A stretch of DNA of 64,000 nucleotides, taken from positions 135,291-199,290 of the forward strand of contig CAVQIV010000010.1 of the NCBI GenBank assembly GCA_963712665.1. The letters are read 5' to 3'. Positions within the stretch are counted from its first letter, which is position 1. Each line of letters opens with the position of its first letter. This DNA is from Thermoanaerobaculaceae bacterium. GTDB taxonomy: Bacteria; Acidobacteriota; Thermoanaerobaculia; Multivoradales; UBA5704. The notes beneath the pieces are model-generated. The model was not told the DNA's origin and did no database searches. It saw nothing but the letters and a program-made list of their open reading frames with translations. Below, in pieces: positions 18,038 through 27,820 of this stretch. The position numbers and the translations under genes are program-made.

Positions 18038-18254
18038 TCATGGACGCCAGGCTCCAGACATGACGTCCGGATCCATCAGGTCCATGCCGCTCATCGTCGC
18101 CAGAGCTTCGACCTCCTCTTGCCGTGCTTTGCCCCGCAGGATTCTCTGGAAGTGCTTCCTCGATGGTCTCCTCGCGGGTGGCCGTGGGGAGCACCTCCTG
18201 GACGGCGGAGAGAAGCTCCTCGTTGATCTCGACTCTGGTCTTCCGAGCGCTCGT
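18038..18254 (-). pseudogene. VapB-like antitoxin pseudogene
   Basis: GGAGGT RBS followed by ACG instead of ATG; RKTRVEINEELL; +1 frameshift near 18157 restores ...MDLMDPDVMSGAWRP. Confidence 0.65.
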
Positions 18255-18380
18255 GAGACACCTCCCGGCGTATGATATCATCGAATTGCCAGATCGGATT
18301 GCTTTCAGGCTCTCGTTTTCAATGTCCTGGCTCCCACCGGAGCTATTGAAGATTTCACCAAGGGAGAAGGGGAGAGGATC

Positions 18381-18614
18381 ATGGCCACCACCAGCTTCAA
18401 CGTTCCCGACGAGGTGAAGAGGGAGTTCCAGGAGACCTTCGCCCATGAGAACAGGAGTGCCGTGATCACCCGTCTCATGAAGCAGGCCGTCGAGGAGCGC
18501 AAGCGCCAGCAGACCCGGGCCGCGGCGATCGAGGCGCTATTGAAGCTGCGCCAGCATCAGCGCCCGGTATCCGACGAAGAGATCCGGCGGGCGCGACAGA
18601 CGGGCCGGCCGTGA
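18381..18614 (+). CDS. Ribbon-helix-helix/VapB-like antitoxin
   Basis: MATTSFNVPDEVK...NRSAVITRLM...SDEEIRRARQTGRP; stop overlaps a GTG start remnant. Confidence 0.75.
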   Translation: MATTSFNVPDEVKREFQETFAHENRSAVITRLMKQAVEERKRQQTRAAAIEALLKLRQHQRPVSDEEIRRARQTGRP

Positions 18615-18642
18615 ACCGCCTGGTCCCGCGTACCTCGGCGCA

Positions 18643-18739
18643 CCCGCGGGGCGTCTGGGATGTCGAAAGGACATCGCCGCCTCAGAGACGCCCCACGGGG
18701 TTCCCCGTGGGCGTCTCTACATTGGGGGAACACCCTTTC
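18643..18739. repeat. REP-like element, direct repeat 2
   Basis: High identity to 17932-18026. Confidence 0.85.
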
Positions 18740-18758
18740 CAGACATCTTAGAGGCCGA

Positions 18759-18989
18759 GGACCCTGGACCAACAGGGAAGGACTCCGGACCAACGGGGAA
18801 AGGCCTGTACCTGCTCGGGAGAGGCCCCGGACCAACGGGGAAGGCCCCCGGACCAACAGGGAGAGGCCTGTACCTGTTCGGGAAAGCCGCCGTACGAGCA
18901 GGGAAAGGCCTGTACCCACTGGGGAAGGCCCTCTCCCCGCTCGGTACGGACCCGTACCTGCTCGGGAGGCCTCTGTACCCGTCCCATCC
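18759..18989. repeat. 21-bp tandem repeat array (about 11 units, two unit types)
   Basis: Units such as GGACTCCGGACCAACGGGGAA and AGGCCTGTACCTGCTCGGGAG. Confidence 0.85.
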
Positions 18990-19024
18990 CGCCGGAGAGC
19001 GGCCTGTACTATCCTTCTCCCATC

Positions 19025-21487
19025 ATGGCAGACGAAATCGCGGCATACGAGAAGCTGGGAGCGTTCTATGTGGGGCGGCCGTACGATGTGGCGAAGAAGG
19101 CCACGGAGCCGGCGCCTCTCCTCTACGATTCGCGGGACCTGGTGACCCACGCGGTGTGCGTGGGCATGACGGGCAGCGGCAAGACCGGCCTCCTCATCGG
19201 GCTGCTGGAGGAGGCGGCCATCGACCACATCCCTTCGCTGGTCATCGATCCCAAGGGGGATCTCTCCAACGTCCTCCTCACCTTCCCGGAGCTGCGGCCG
19301 GCGGATTTCGCGCCGTGGATCGATCCCGATGCCGCGGCGCGGGGGGGAATGACGCCCGAGGCGTTCGCGGCCAAGGAGGCGGAGAACTGGCGCAACGGTC
19401 TCGCCAAGTGGGACCAGTCGGGCGAGCGGATCGCCCGGCTGCGGGACTCGGCCGAATTCGCCATCTATACGCCGGGGAGCGAGGCGGGCCTTCAGGTCTC
19501 GATCCTTTCCTCGCTCGATGCGCCGCCGGCCGAGGTGGTGGCGGACGGCGACGCGTTGCGCGATCGCGTCTCGACCATCGTCTCCAGCCTGCTGTCGCTG
19601 CTCGACGTCGAGTCCGATCCCATCCAGGGGCGTGAGTCCATCCTGCTGGCCAACATCTTCGATGCGGCGTGGCGCGAGGGTCGGGGGCTCGATCTCGCGA
19701 CGCTCATCCAGCAGATCCAGAAGCCGCCCATCGAGCGGGTCGGAGTGATGGACCTCGAGTCGTTCTATCCCGCCAAGGAGCGCTTCGGTCTCGCCATGGC
19801 GTTCAACAACCTGCTGGGCTCGCCGGGTTTCGCGGCGTGGCTCAAGGGCGAGCCGCTGGACGTGGACCGACTGCTCTACACCTCCACGGGCAAGCCGCGG
19901 GTGGCGGTGTTCTCGATCGCCCACCTTTCGGACAAGGAGCGGATGTTCTTCGTCTCCCTCCTCTTCAACCAGACCCTGGGCTGGATGCGGGGGAGGCCGG
20001 GCACCACCAGTCTGCGGGCCATCCTCTGCATGGACGAGGTCTTCGGCTACATGCCGCCGGTGGCCGAGCCGCCTTCGAAGCGGCCGCTGCTCACGCTGCT
20101 CAAACAGGCCCGCGCCTTCGGTCTCGGCCTCGTGCTCGCCACCCAGAACCCGGTAGATCTGGATTACAAGGGGCTCGCCAACGTGGGCACCTGGTTCCTG
20201 GGCCGGTTGCAGACGGAGCGCGACAAGCAGCGGCTGATGGATGGTCTGGAGGGAGCGTCGGGGGGCGGCCAGTTCGATCGCGCGCAGATGGAGCAGATCC
20301 TTGCGGGCTTAAGCAATCGCGTCTTCCTGCTGCACAACGTGCACGAGGACCATGCGCAGCTCTTCCAGACCCGCTGGACCCTCTCGTATCTGCGGGGGCC
20401 GCTCACCCGGCCGGAGATCAAGCGGTTGATGGATCCCGTCAAGAAGGGGACCTCGCCTACCGCTGCTCCCGCCATGACGGCTACCACGGCTTCAGTGTCT
20501 TCGACGATGTCGACGAGCGCCGCGGCTGCTGTCCCCGGGGCTTCGGCGCCGGCCCCTCCCACCACGGTGGGGGAGAGCGCTCCAGTCCTGCCGCCGGACG
20601 TGTCGCAGCGTTTCCTCCCCGTCCGCGGCAGGCCGGAGGGGATCGCCTACTCGCCGTGCCTCTATGCCGCAGCCACGGTGCACTACCAGGACGCGAAGAT
20701 GGGCGTCGAGCACGACGAGGAGCTGGCGCTTCTGGCTACTCTCACGGAGGACGGGGCGGACTGGTACGCGGCCGAGGCGGTGGATCTGGCGAAGGACGAT
20801 CTGGAGAGCGAGCCTGTGGCCGGAGCCCGGTTCGCGGCGCTGCCGGCCGCGGCGGTGAAGGCCAAGAGCTACGACGCATGGCGCAAGGCCCTGGAGGAGT
20901 GCCTCTACCGCACCCGCAAGTGCGAGCTGTTCCGCAGCTCGACGCTGGACGAGGTGTCGAAGCCCGGGGAGTCGGAGCGGGACTTCCGCATCCGGCTGAC
21001 GGAGAAGGCCCGGGAGGTGCGCGACGAGCAGGTGGCGGCGCTGCGCAAGAAGTATGGCGTGAAGATCGCCCAGCTTCAGGAGCGGATCCGCAAGGCCGAG
21101 CAGGAGAAGCAGAAGCAGCAGGCCCAGGCGAGCCAGCAGACGTTGCAGACGGTCGTCTCGGCCGGCGCCGCCGTGCTGGGGATGTTCTTCGGCCGCCGCC
21201 GCTCCGTCACGTCCGCGGCCGGCACCGCGGTCCGCGGCGTGGGCCGCTCCTTCCAGGAGCGGCAGGATGTGGGACGGGCCGAGGAGAACGTCGAGGCGCT
21301 GCAGAAGCAGCTCGCGGATTTGAACACCGAGCTGGAGCACGAGGTGGACAACCTGTCGGAGCGCTTCGATCCGGAGGCCGGGGAGCTGGAGGTGCTGGGG
21401 GTGAAGCCCAAGAAGACGGACGTGCAGACGCGCTTCTTGACTCTGGCATGGGAGCCCCGGCGGGGGGGCGAGGTGGCTTGGAAGTAG
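19025..21487 (+). CDS. HerA/FtsK-like ATPase (DUF87/DUF853-type) with C-terminal coiled coil
   Basis: GMTGSGKT Walker A, IDPKGD, MDEVFG Walker B, LATQNP. Confidence 0.9.
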   Translation: MADEIAAYEKLGAFYVGRPYDVAKKATEPAPLLYDSRDLVTHAVCVGMTGSGKTGLLIGLLEEAAIDHIPSLVIDPKGDLSNVLLTFPELRPADFAPWIDPDAAARGGMTPEAFAAKEAENWRNGLAKWDQSGERIARLRDSAEFAIYTPGSEAGLQVSILSSLDAPPAEVVADGDALRDRVSTIVSSLLSLLDVESDPIQGRESILLANIFDAAWREGRGLDLATLIQQIQKPPIERVGVMDLESFYPAKERFGLAMAFNNLLGSPGFAAWLKGEPLDVDRLLYTSTGKPRVAVFSIAHLSDKERMFFVSLLFNQTLGWMRGRPGTTSLRAILCMDEVFGYMPPVAEPPSKRPLLTLLKQARAFGLGLVLATQNPVDLDYKGLANVGTWFLGRLQTERDKQRLMDGLEGASGGGQFDRAQMEQILAGLSNRVFLLHNVHEDHAQLFQTRWTLSYLRGPLTRPEIKRLMDPVKKGTSPTAAPAMTATTASVSSTMSTSAAAAVPGASAPAPPTTVGESAPVLPPDVSQRFLPVRGRPEGIAYSPCLYAAATVHYQDAKMGVEHDEELALLATLTEDGADWYAAEAVDLAKDDLESEPVAGARFAALPAAAVKAKSYDAWRKALEECLYRTRKCELFRSSTLDEVSKPGESERDFRIRLTEKAREVRDEQVAALRKKYGVKIAQLQERIRKAEQEKQKQQAQASQQTLQTVVSAGAAVLGMFFGRRRSVTSAAGTAVRGVGRSFQERQDVGRAEENVEALQKQLADLNTELEHEVDNLSERFDPEAGELEVLGVKPKKTDVQTRFLTLAWEPRRGGEVAWK

Positions 21488-21520
21488 AACCCCCTCAAAG
21501 AAGAAAAGACAGAGTAAGTT

Positions 21521-21546
21521 GCCGGCGGGACGCCAGCGCTCCCAGG
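21521..21546. repeat. Short REP-like palindrome (family A)
   Basis: Inverted copy of 3213-3238. Confidence 0.6.
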
Positions 21547-21644
21547 AGGGTGCACGCCGGAAACACGCGAGCCCTTCCTTGCGTTAACATCTCCGGAGAC
21601 GGTCTTCCGCCGCCGCCAGACGTGAAAGGAGGGGAGAGGGAGGG

Positions 21645-22217
21645 ATGGACACGATTCTGAGCCTTCTCATCGGTCTCGGTCTCGCCGCCGCGTGTGGCTT
21701 CCGGGTCTTCGTCCCCCTGCTCGTCATGAGCCTGGCCTCGCGGGCGGAGATCGGCCATCTCGTTCTGGGGCCGCACTTTGCGTGGATCGGCTCGACGCCG
21801 GCGCTCATCGCGTTCTCGGTGGCGACCGTGCTGGAGATCGCCGGCTATTACATCCCCTGGGTGGACAACCTGCTGGATACGATCGCCACACCCACGGCCA
21901 TCGTCGCCGGCATCATAGTGACCGCCTCGGCCGTCACCGACATGAGCCCGTTCCTCAAGTGGACGCTCGCGGTGCTGGCGGGCGGCGGCACCACGGCGGT
22001 GTTCCAGGGGATCACGGCCACGGCGCGGCACATCTCCTCCTTCACCACCGGGGGGCTGGGCAATCCCGTGCTGGCCACGGCCGAGGCCGGAGGCTCGGCA
22101 CTCCTCGCCGTGCTCGCCATCACCCTGCCGGTGATTGCCTTCCTGTGCGTGGTGGGGCTGATCTGGTTCGGAGCAAAGAAATTGCTTTTCCGGCGGCCGG
22201 CCGCGCGGGCCGCCTGA
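21645..22217 (+). CDS. DUF4126 family membrane protein
   Basis: GLGLAAACGFRVFVPL, YYIPWVDNLLD, TGGLGNPV. Confidence 0.88.
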   Translation: MDTILSLLIGLGLAAACGFRVFVPLLVMSLASRAEIGHLVLGPHFAWIGSTPALIAFSVATVLEIAGYYIPWVDNLLDTIATPTAIVAGIIVTASAVTDMSPFLKWTLAVLAGGGTTAVFQGITATARHISSFTTGGLGNPVLATAEAGGSALLAVLAITLPVIAFLCVVGLIWFGAKKLLFRRPAARAA

Positions 22218-22253
22218 GCGGGGGCTTTTCCAGTCCTGCGTTGCGGAGGCGTT

Positions 22254-23381
22254 GTGAGACGACCGGCCGCGTTGCCCTTCATCCTCGCCCCGGCCCTTCT
22301 GATCCTGGGGTGTGCCAGCTACGGACCGGTGGGCTCGCCGGAGCTGGCGCGGACCCTCCACTCCCGGGGGGTCGATCCCTCTTCCATCGTGATTCCCTTC
22401 GAGATCTCGGACGAGATGCGGGCCTGGGCCCATGCGCAGGTGCCGGAGTCCACGCCTGCGGCGGAGCGGCTGGATCGATTGCTGGCGGCCATGGTGGACC
22501 CCACCCGTCTCCGGCTGGAGTACGAGCCGGGGCACACCTCCACGGCCCGCGAGGCTTTCGAGACCCGCAAGGCCAACTGCCTCGCCTTCACCAGCCTGTT
22601 CGTGGGCATGGCCCGGGAGGTGGGCGTGCCGGCCTACTACCTGGACGTCGACGACGTGGAGAGGTTCGAGAAGGACGGCGATCTGATGGTGGTCTCGGGC
22701 CACGTGAGCGGCGGCTACGACACCGGCGGCGGCAAGGTGAAGATTCTCGACTTCACGCCCCGGGCCCAGCCCGGCTATCGCCGCGTCCATAGGCTGCCGG
22801 ACGTGACGGCCATCGCTCTCTATTATTCGAACCGTGGCGCCGAGATGATCCGCGTCGGCCGCGGCAACGAGGCCCTCTCCTGGCTGCGCCAGGCGGTAGT
22901 GATCGATCCCGAGCTGGGCGGTGCCTGGGTCAACCTCGGGGTGGGGCTGCGCCGCGCGGGCGACATGGCGGGCGCCGAGGCCGCCTATCGCAAGGCCCTG
23001 GAGGTCGATCCCTCTGCGGCCTCGGCCTACTCCAACCTGGCTGGGTTGCTGCGCTCCCGCGGCCGCGATGCCGAGGCCGGGGAGCTGCTCTCTCTGGCCA
23101 CCCGGGCGGACAGCCGCAATCCTTTCAGTTACATCTCCCTGGGGGACCTGGCGCTGTCTCACGGCCGGCTGGAGGAGGCGCGGCGTTTCTATCAGAAGGC
23201 TTTGCGATTGAATCGCGACGATGCCGAAGCCTATGCGGCTCTGGGGATGGTGGCCCTGGCTGGCGGCGACCGGGGCGAAGCCCAGCGCTGGCTACGCAAG
23301 GCCGAGGCGCGGAACCGCGAGAACGACCGCGTGCGGCAGCTCGGCGGCCGGCTTGCTCCTCCGCGGACGGAGGGACGATGA
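22254..23381 (+). CDS. Lipoprotein with transglutaminase-like domain and TPR repeats
   Basis: Lipobox LILGC; ANCLAF (Cys), GHV (His), ILDF (Asp); C-terminal TPRs. Confidence 0.85.
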   Translation: MRRPAALPFILAPALLILGCASYGPVGSPELARTLHSRGVDPSSIVIPFEISDEMRAWAHAQVPESTPAAERLDRLLAAMVDPTRLRLEYEPGHTSTAREAFETRKANCLAFTSLFVGMAREVGVPAYYLDVDDVERFEKDGDLMVVSGHVSGGYDTGGGKVKILDFTPRAQPGYRRVHRLPDVTAIALYYSNRGAEMIRVGRGNEALSWLRQAVVIDPELGGAWVNLGVGLRRAGDMAGAEAAYRKALEVDPSAASAYSNLAGLLRSRGRDAEAGELLSLATRADSRNPFSYISLGDLALSHGRLEEARRFYQKALRLNRDDAEAYAALGMVALAGGDRGEAQRWLRKAEARNRENDRVRQLGGRLAPPRTEGR

Positions 23382-23432
23382 AGTCGCTCACCCGGCATCT
23401 CACCATGAACGTCCGGTTGATCAAGATCCTCG

Positions 23433-25670
23433 GTGAATAAATCCCTCTGGCACGTCTGGGCCGACACCGGTGGCACGTTCACCGATTGCCTGGCCGTGGA
23501 TCCCGCGGGGCGTCTCCATCGCGCCAAGGTGCTTTCCACCAGCGCCGTGCGCGGGCGGATTGCGGAGCGGACCGGTGCGGATGCCGTGCGGGTGGAAGCC
23601 GGCTGGCCGGTCCCCTCCGGGTTTTTCCGCGGCTTCACATTCCTCTTGCTGGGCCATGGCCTGACAGCGACGGTGATCGATTGGGATCCTGAATCACGTC
23701 TCCTTTCTATTCAAGGATCGCTGCCCGCGGGCGATCTCGCCGGTGCGGCGTTCGAGTTGCGGTCCCCCGAGGAGGCGCCCGTGCTGGCGGCCCGGCTGGT
23801 GACGGGCACGCCTCTGGATTCGGCGCTTCCTCCCATTGCCATGCGCCTTGCCACCACGCGGGGAACCAACGCCCTCCTGGAGCGCAAGGGCGCGGCCACG
23901 GCGCTCTTCATCACCCGAGGATTCGCGGACGTGCCGCGCATCGGCACCCAGCAACGGCCGGACCTCTTCGCCCTGGAGATCGTCCGCCCCGAGCCCCTGT
24001 ATCGGGAGGTCGTGGAGGTCCCCGAGCGGCTGGCCGCGGACGGCTCGGTCCTCGTGCCGTTGGACAGGGAGGCCCTGGGGGAGACCATCCGGCGCCTGAT
24101 GGATTCCGGGATCGAGTCCGTTGCCGTGGCCTTCATGCACTCCTATCGCAATCCGCAGCACGAGGAGGAGCTGGGCGAGCTGTTGCGCGCGGCCGGCTGT
24201 CGTTACATATCTCTCTCATCGCGGCTCGCGCCCCTCATCAAGCTCCTGCCGCGCACCGAGACGGCGGTGGTGGACGCCTATCTCTCGCCCATCCTGGAGC
24301 GCTATCTCTCGGGAGTGGCGAGCGCTTTGGGAAAGGGATCGGAAGGATCGCTGCACGTCATGACCAGCGCCGGCGGTCTGGTGCGGGCCGGCTCGTTCCG
24401 GGCCAAGGACGGCCTCCTCTCTGGTCCGGCCGGAGGGGTCGTGGGAGCGGCGCGGGCGGGCCGGCGCTCCGGTTTCGAGCGGGTGATCGCTTTCGACATG
24501 GGGGGCACCAGCACGGACGTGGCCCACTGGGACGGCGATTTCGAGTACCTCTTCGAGCACCGGGTGGGCGACGCTCACCTCGTGGCCCCGGCTCTCGCCA
24601 TCGAGAGCGTGGCCGCGGGCGGCGGCTCCATCTGCTCGTTCGACGGCATTCAGCTCAAGGTGGGACCGGAGAGCGCCGGGGCCTGGCCCGGTCCTGCCTG
24701 CTATGGCGCGGGGGGCCCCCTCACCCTGACCGATGTCAATCTGATCCTCGGACGGCTCGATCCCGGCCGCTTCGAGATCCCCCTCGATCCCGCCGCGGCC
24801 GGGGCCGCTCTCGACCGGCTGAGATCGGCGATGGGGGAGCGCGATCCGGGGCCCGAAGCCGTGCTCGCCGGCCTTTTGGAGATCGCGGACGAACGGATGG
24901 CCGAAGCCATAAGGGCCATCTCGCTGCGGCGCGGCTACGATCCCACGGGGCACGCGCTGGTGGCTTTCGGCGGTGCCGGGGCTCAGCATGCCTGCGCCGT
25001 GGCCGGGCTGCTGGGGATCACCCATGTGGTGGTGCCCGCCGATGCCGGTCTGCTCTCGGCCCTGGGGCTGGGCGCTGCCGTGGTGGAGCGCTTCGCCGCC
25101 CGACAGGTGCTGGAGCCGCTCGAACAGGTCCGGGACCGGATCGCCGGCTGGCTCGCCGAGTTGGGGCAGGAGGCGGCCGAGGCCGTGGCCGCCGAGGGGA
25201 TCGCTCCGGAGGAGGTCGCAGTGCGGCGCCGGCTGCTCAACCTGCGTTTCGCCGGTCAGGAGACCTCGCTGGCCGTGGAGTACGAGGGCGACGAGGCGAT
25301 CGAGCCCGCCTTCGGGGCAGCCTACCGGGAAATCTACGGCTATGCCCCCGAAGGGCGGGCCATCGAGCTGGAGTCTCTGCGCGTGGTGGCCTCCTCGCGT
25401 CCGTCCGCGGAGATGGCCGAGCCTATGTCCACGATCGAATCCCGGTTGTCCCACCTGGCTGAGCCCAGAGGGACCCGCCGGTGCTGGACGGGCGGCGCCT
25501 GGCAAGAGGTCCCCTTCTTCGATCGCCTCGGGCTCCGTCCCGGCGCTGCTTTTCCAGGGCCGTGCCTCGTGTTCGAAAGCCACAGCGCTACCTTCGTGGG
25601 GGAGGAGTGGAGAGGATGGGTGGACGGCGCGGGCAACCTGGTGCTCGCTTCGATGCCTGAGGTAGAGTGA
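23433..25670 (+). CDS. Hydantoinase A/5-oxoprolinase N-terminal subunit
   Basis: DTGGTFTD, LSGPAGG, FDMGGTSTDV, AAGGGS, PESAGAWPGPACYG. Confidence 0.93.
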   Translation: MNKSLWHVWADTGGTFTDCLAVDPAGRLHRAKVLSTSAVRGRIAERTGADAVRVEAGWPVPSGFFRGFTFLLLGHGLTATVIDWDPESRLLSIQGSLPAGDLAGAAFELRSPEEAPVLAARLVTGTPLDSALPPIAMRLATTRGTNALLERKGAATALFITRGFADVPRIGTQQRPDLFALEIVRPEPLYREVVEVPERLAADGSVLVPLDREALGETIRRLMDSGIESVAVAFMHSYRNPQHEEELGELLRAAGCRYISLSSRLAPLIKLLPRTETAVVDAYLSPILERYLSGVASALGKGSEGSLHVMTSAGGLVRAGSFRAKDGLLSGPAGGVVGAARAGRRSGFERVIAFDMGGTSTDVAHWDGDFEYLFEHRVGDAHLVAPALAIESVAAGGGSICSFDGIQLKVGPESAGAWPGPACYGAGGPLTLTDVNLILGRLDPGRFEIPLDPAAAGAALDRLRSAMGERDPGPEAVLAGLLEIADERMAEAIRAISLRRGYDPTGHALVAFGGAGAQHACAVAGLLGITHVVVPADAGLLSALGLGAAVVERFAARQVLEPLEQVRDRIAGWLAELGQEAAEAVAAEGIAPEEVAVRRRLLNLRFAGQETSLAVEYEGDEAIEPAFGAAYREIYGYAPEGRAIELESLRVVASSRPSAEMAEPMSTIESRLSHLAEPRGTRRCWTGGAWQEVPFFDRLGLRPGAAFPGPCLVFESHSATFVGEEWRGWVDGAGNLVLASMPEVE

Positions 25671-25676
25671 CTGGCC

Positions 25677-26185
25677 GTGGATCTGGACCTCGATCTCAGC
25701 GGCAGGAGCCGCGACGACCCCGTTCCCCGCTATGCCGAGCGGCTCCGGCCCACGGTCCGCATCTGCGCCTTTCAGTTGGGGACGGTCGTGCTCTTCGCCC
25801 TCCTCTGTTGGGGCCTGGCGCGCAAGGGTGGGGGGATGATGGCGGGGGCCTGCCCCCGTCCGTGCCCCTGGTCCTGAGCCTGCTTCCGGCGATGCTGATC
25901 CTTCTTTCCTCACGCGTCCGGTCCGCCCCGGTCCGCCGGGCCATCCCGCGGTCCGCGGCCCTGCCGATCCAGCCGGACGCCGTGCTCGCCGCCTACAAGC
26001 GGGGGACCCTCCAGAGCTTCGCCATCCTGGACTTCGCGGCCCTGCTGGGGATCGGGGAGTCGGTGATCACAGGCTCGGCGGCCTACGGGATCATCCTCTG
26101 TATGGCTAGCGCCTTGGCCATGCTCACCCGCTGGCCCCGGGCCTCTGAGGTGGACCGCCTGATCCGGGGCCGCGCCAAACCCTGA
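25677..26185 (+). CDS. Membrane protein (frameshift near 25845), paralog of the next gene
   Basis: Two overlapping frames join into a 4-TM protein; AYKRGT...FAILDFAALLG aligns with GYTTAT...FALREAAGLLG of the neighbour. Confidence 0.6.
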
Positions 26186-26592
26186 TGAATCGATACCGGC
26201 AGCTCGTCATCCTCTGCAGCGCCATCGCCCTGAGCCTGGTGATGGTGAACGTCGTCCTCACCCTCTGGATCTCGGACTCACTGCCGCCGAAGACCGCTCT
26301 GCCCCAGGCCGTGCTGCTGGGAATGTTCGCGCTCTCCCTGATGATCCTCGTGGCCGCGCCCTCGATCCAGCGAGCCATCCTCAAGCGATACGAAGCAGAG
26401 GGAGATCCGGGGGCACTCGCGACAGGCTATACCACAGCGACGATCGTCGCCTTCGCCCTCCGCGAAGCCGCCGGCCTCCTCGGCTTCCTCCTCGCCCTCT
26501 TGACCGGCAACCCCTGGTGGAGCTGGAGCCTGGGCGGCGCGGCCCTTATTGCCATGGTGATGGACCGGCCTCGGCGGGCGATGTTGGAGTGA
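26185..26592 (+). CDS. Membrane protein
   Basis: 135 aa, 4 TM segments, TGATG overlap with the previous gene. Confidence 0.75.
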   Translation: MNRYRQLVILCSAIALSLVMVNVVLTLWISDSLPPKTALPQAVLLGMFALSLMILVAAPSIQRAILKRYEAEGDPGALATGYTTATIVAFALREAAGLLGFLLALLTGNPWWSWSLGGAALIAMVMDRPRRAMLE

Positions 26593-26607
26593 GGGAAAAC
26601 CAGAAAG

Positions 26608-27366
26608 TCAGTCGATGTAATAGAGCATGGGGCGGCGGGCTGGCTTGTTCTGTTCCAGAACCTGGAATACCTCATCGATCGACTGAGAGTGGGCGAGCAA
26701 CTCGCTACCCAGGAGAGCAACCCACTGTCCCCGGTATGGCTCAGAGTGTTCTCTGATCCATTCGATCTCCGGGGTCCTGTCGAAATCCAACTCTCCCTTG
26801 ACCGGGCGTCCGGGCCCGCCTTTGGCCAACACCTTCTGCCAGTAAGCGAGTTTCTCTTCCTGCGCGCCTTTCTCCAAGGCCTCAGCTAGCAACCGCCGGG
26901 CTCCCCCGACCAAGTCCGCTTCGACGAGCTCAAGGATTCTCTCGCTGTAGCTGCGGGTCTCGGGCTCGACCTTCTTGAGTCGTTCGGCCGTGGATTGACG
27001 GTCTATATAGTGGAGCAGAGGTAAGCGGGCCGGCTTGTTCTGTTTCAAGAACTGGACTACTTCATCGAGTGACTGAGAGTGAGCGAGTAGCTCGCCACCC
27101 AGGAGAGCGACCCACTGCCCTCGGTAGGGCTCAGATTGTTCCCTGATCCATTGGACATCTGGAGTCCTGTCGAAGTCCAACTCTCCCTTGACCGGGCGTC
27201 CGGGCCCGCCCTTGGCCAACACTCTCTGCCAGGCGGAAAGATCCTCGTCGTGATCCCCTCGCTCCAAGGCTTCGGCTAGCAACCGCCGGGCTCCCCCGAC
27301 CATGTCCGCTTCGACGAGTTCGCGGATTCTCTCGCGATAGCTGCGAGATTTCGGTTCGAATAGCAT
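26608..27366 (-). CDS. Tandem two-unit DUF5678-like protein
   Basis: Two ~125-aa repeats, each ending WIRE.SEPYRGQWVALLG.ELLAHSQS...YID. Confidence 0.85.
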   Translation of the reverse strand: MLFEPKSRSYRERIRELVEADMVGGARRLLAEALERGDHDEDLSAWQRVLAKGGPGRPVKGELDFDRTPDVQWIREQSEPYRGQWVALLGGELLAHSQSLDEVVQFLKQNKPARLPLLHYIDRQSTAERLKKVEPETRSYSERILELVEADLVGGARRLLAEALEKGAQEEKLAYWQKVLAKGGPGRPVKGELDFDRTPEIEWIREHSEPYRGQWVALLGSELLAHSQSIDEVFQVLEQNKPARRPMLYYID

Positions 27367-27370
27367 TGGA

Positions 27371-27811
27371 TCAGGCCCCGAAGTAGAAATGGTTCAACCG
27401 GGGGTCAAGGGCGAAGCGCATGGAGTCCAGGAGGCCCGAGTAGCCAAGGAAGGTGCGGCCGGTTGGCCAGTCGGGGCAGATGAAGAAGGTGCCTTCTGTA
27501 TCGAGAGGTTCACCGTCATCAGCCAGAAATCTGAAGGGGATTTGCACCAGGACTCCTTGTTTACGTCCCAGGCGGGTATCCAGACTGATGCGCTCTCCGT
27601 CGAAATCCAAGTACCCTAGACGTCTGGCGACTTGGGGGTCGAGAACCGACCAGGCCGCTCCGGTATCAACTTGGGCCCAAAGGCTGGAATCAATGTCCTC
27701 CACGAGGGAGATCTTGACGAAGATCTTGGCCGTGGGCTCAGGAGCCTCCCTAAGCACGTCGATATACCGGGAGCGACCGCAGGTGAAATCCGCCTGACCG
27801 AGCCTGAGCAT
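27371..27811 (-). CDS. Retropepsin-like aspartyl protease
   Basis: VDTGAAWSVL catalytic motif, FLGYSGLL C-terminal motif, 146 aa. Confidence 0.85.
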   Translation of the reverse strand: MLRLGQADFTCGRSRYIDVLREAPEPTAKIFVKISLVEDIDSSLWAQVDTGAAWSVLDPQVARRLGYLDFDGERISLDTRLGRKQGVLVQIPFRFLADDGEPLDTEGTFFICPDWPTGRTFLGYSGLLDSMRFALDPRLNHFYFGA

Positions 27812-27820
27812 GAGCGAGGT

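Noticed and set aside
19025-21487. HerA-like ATPase as an antiphage system
   Set aside because: No adjacent nuclease or Sir2 partner; host-like GC and codon usage
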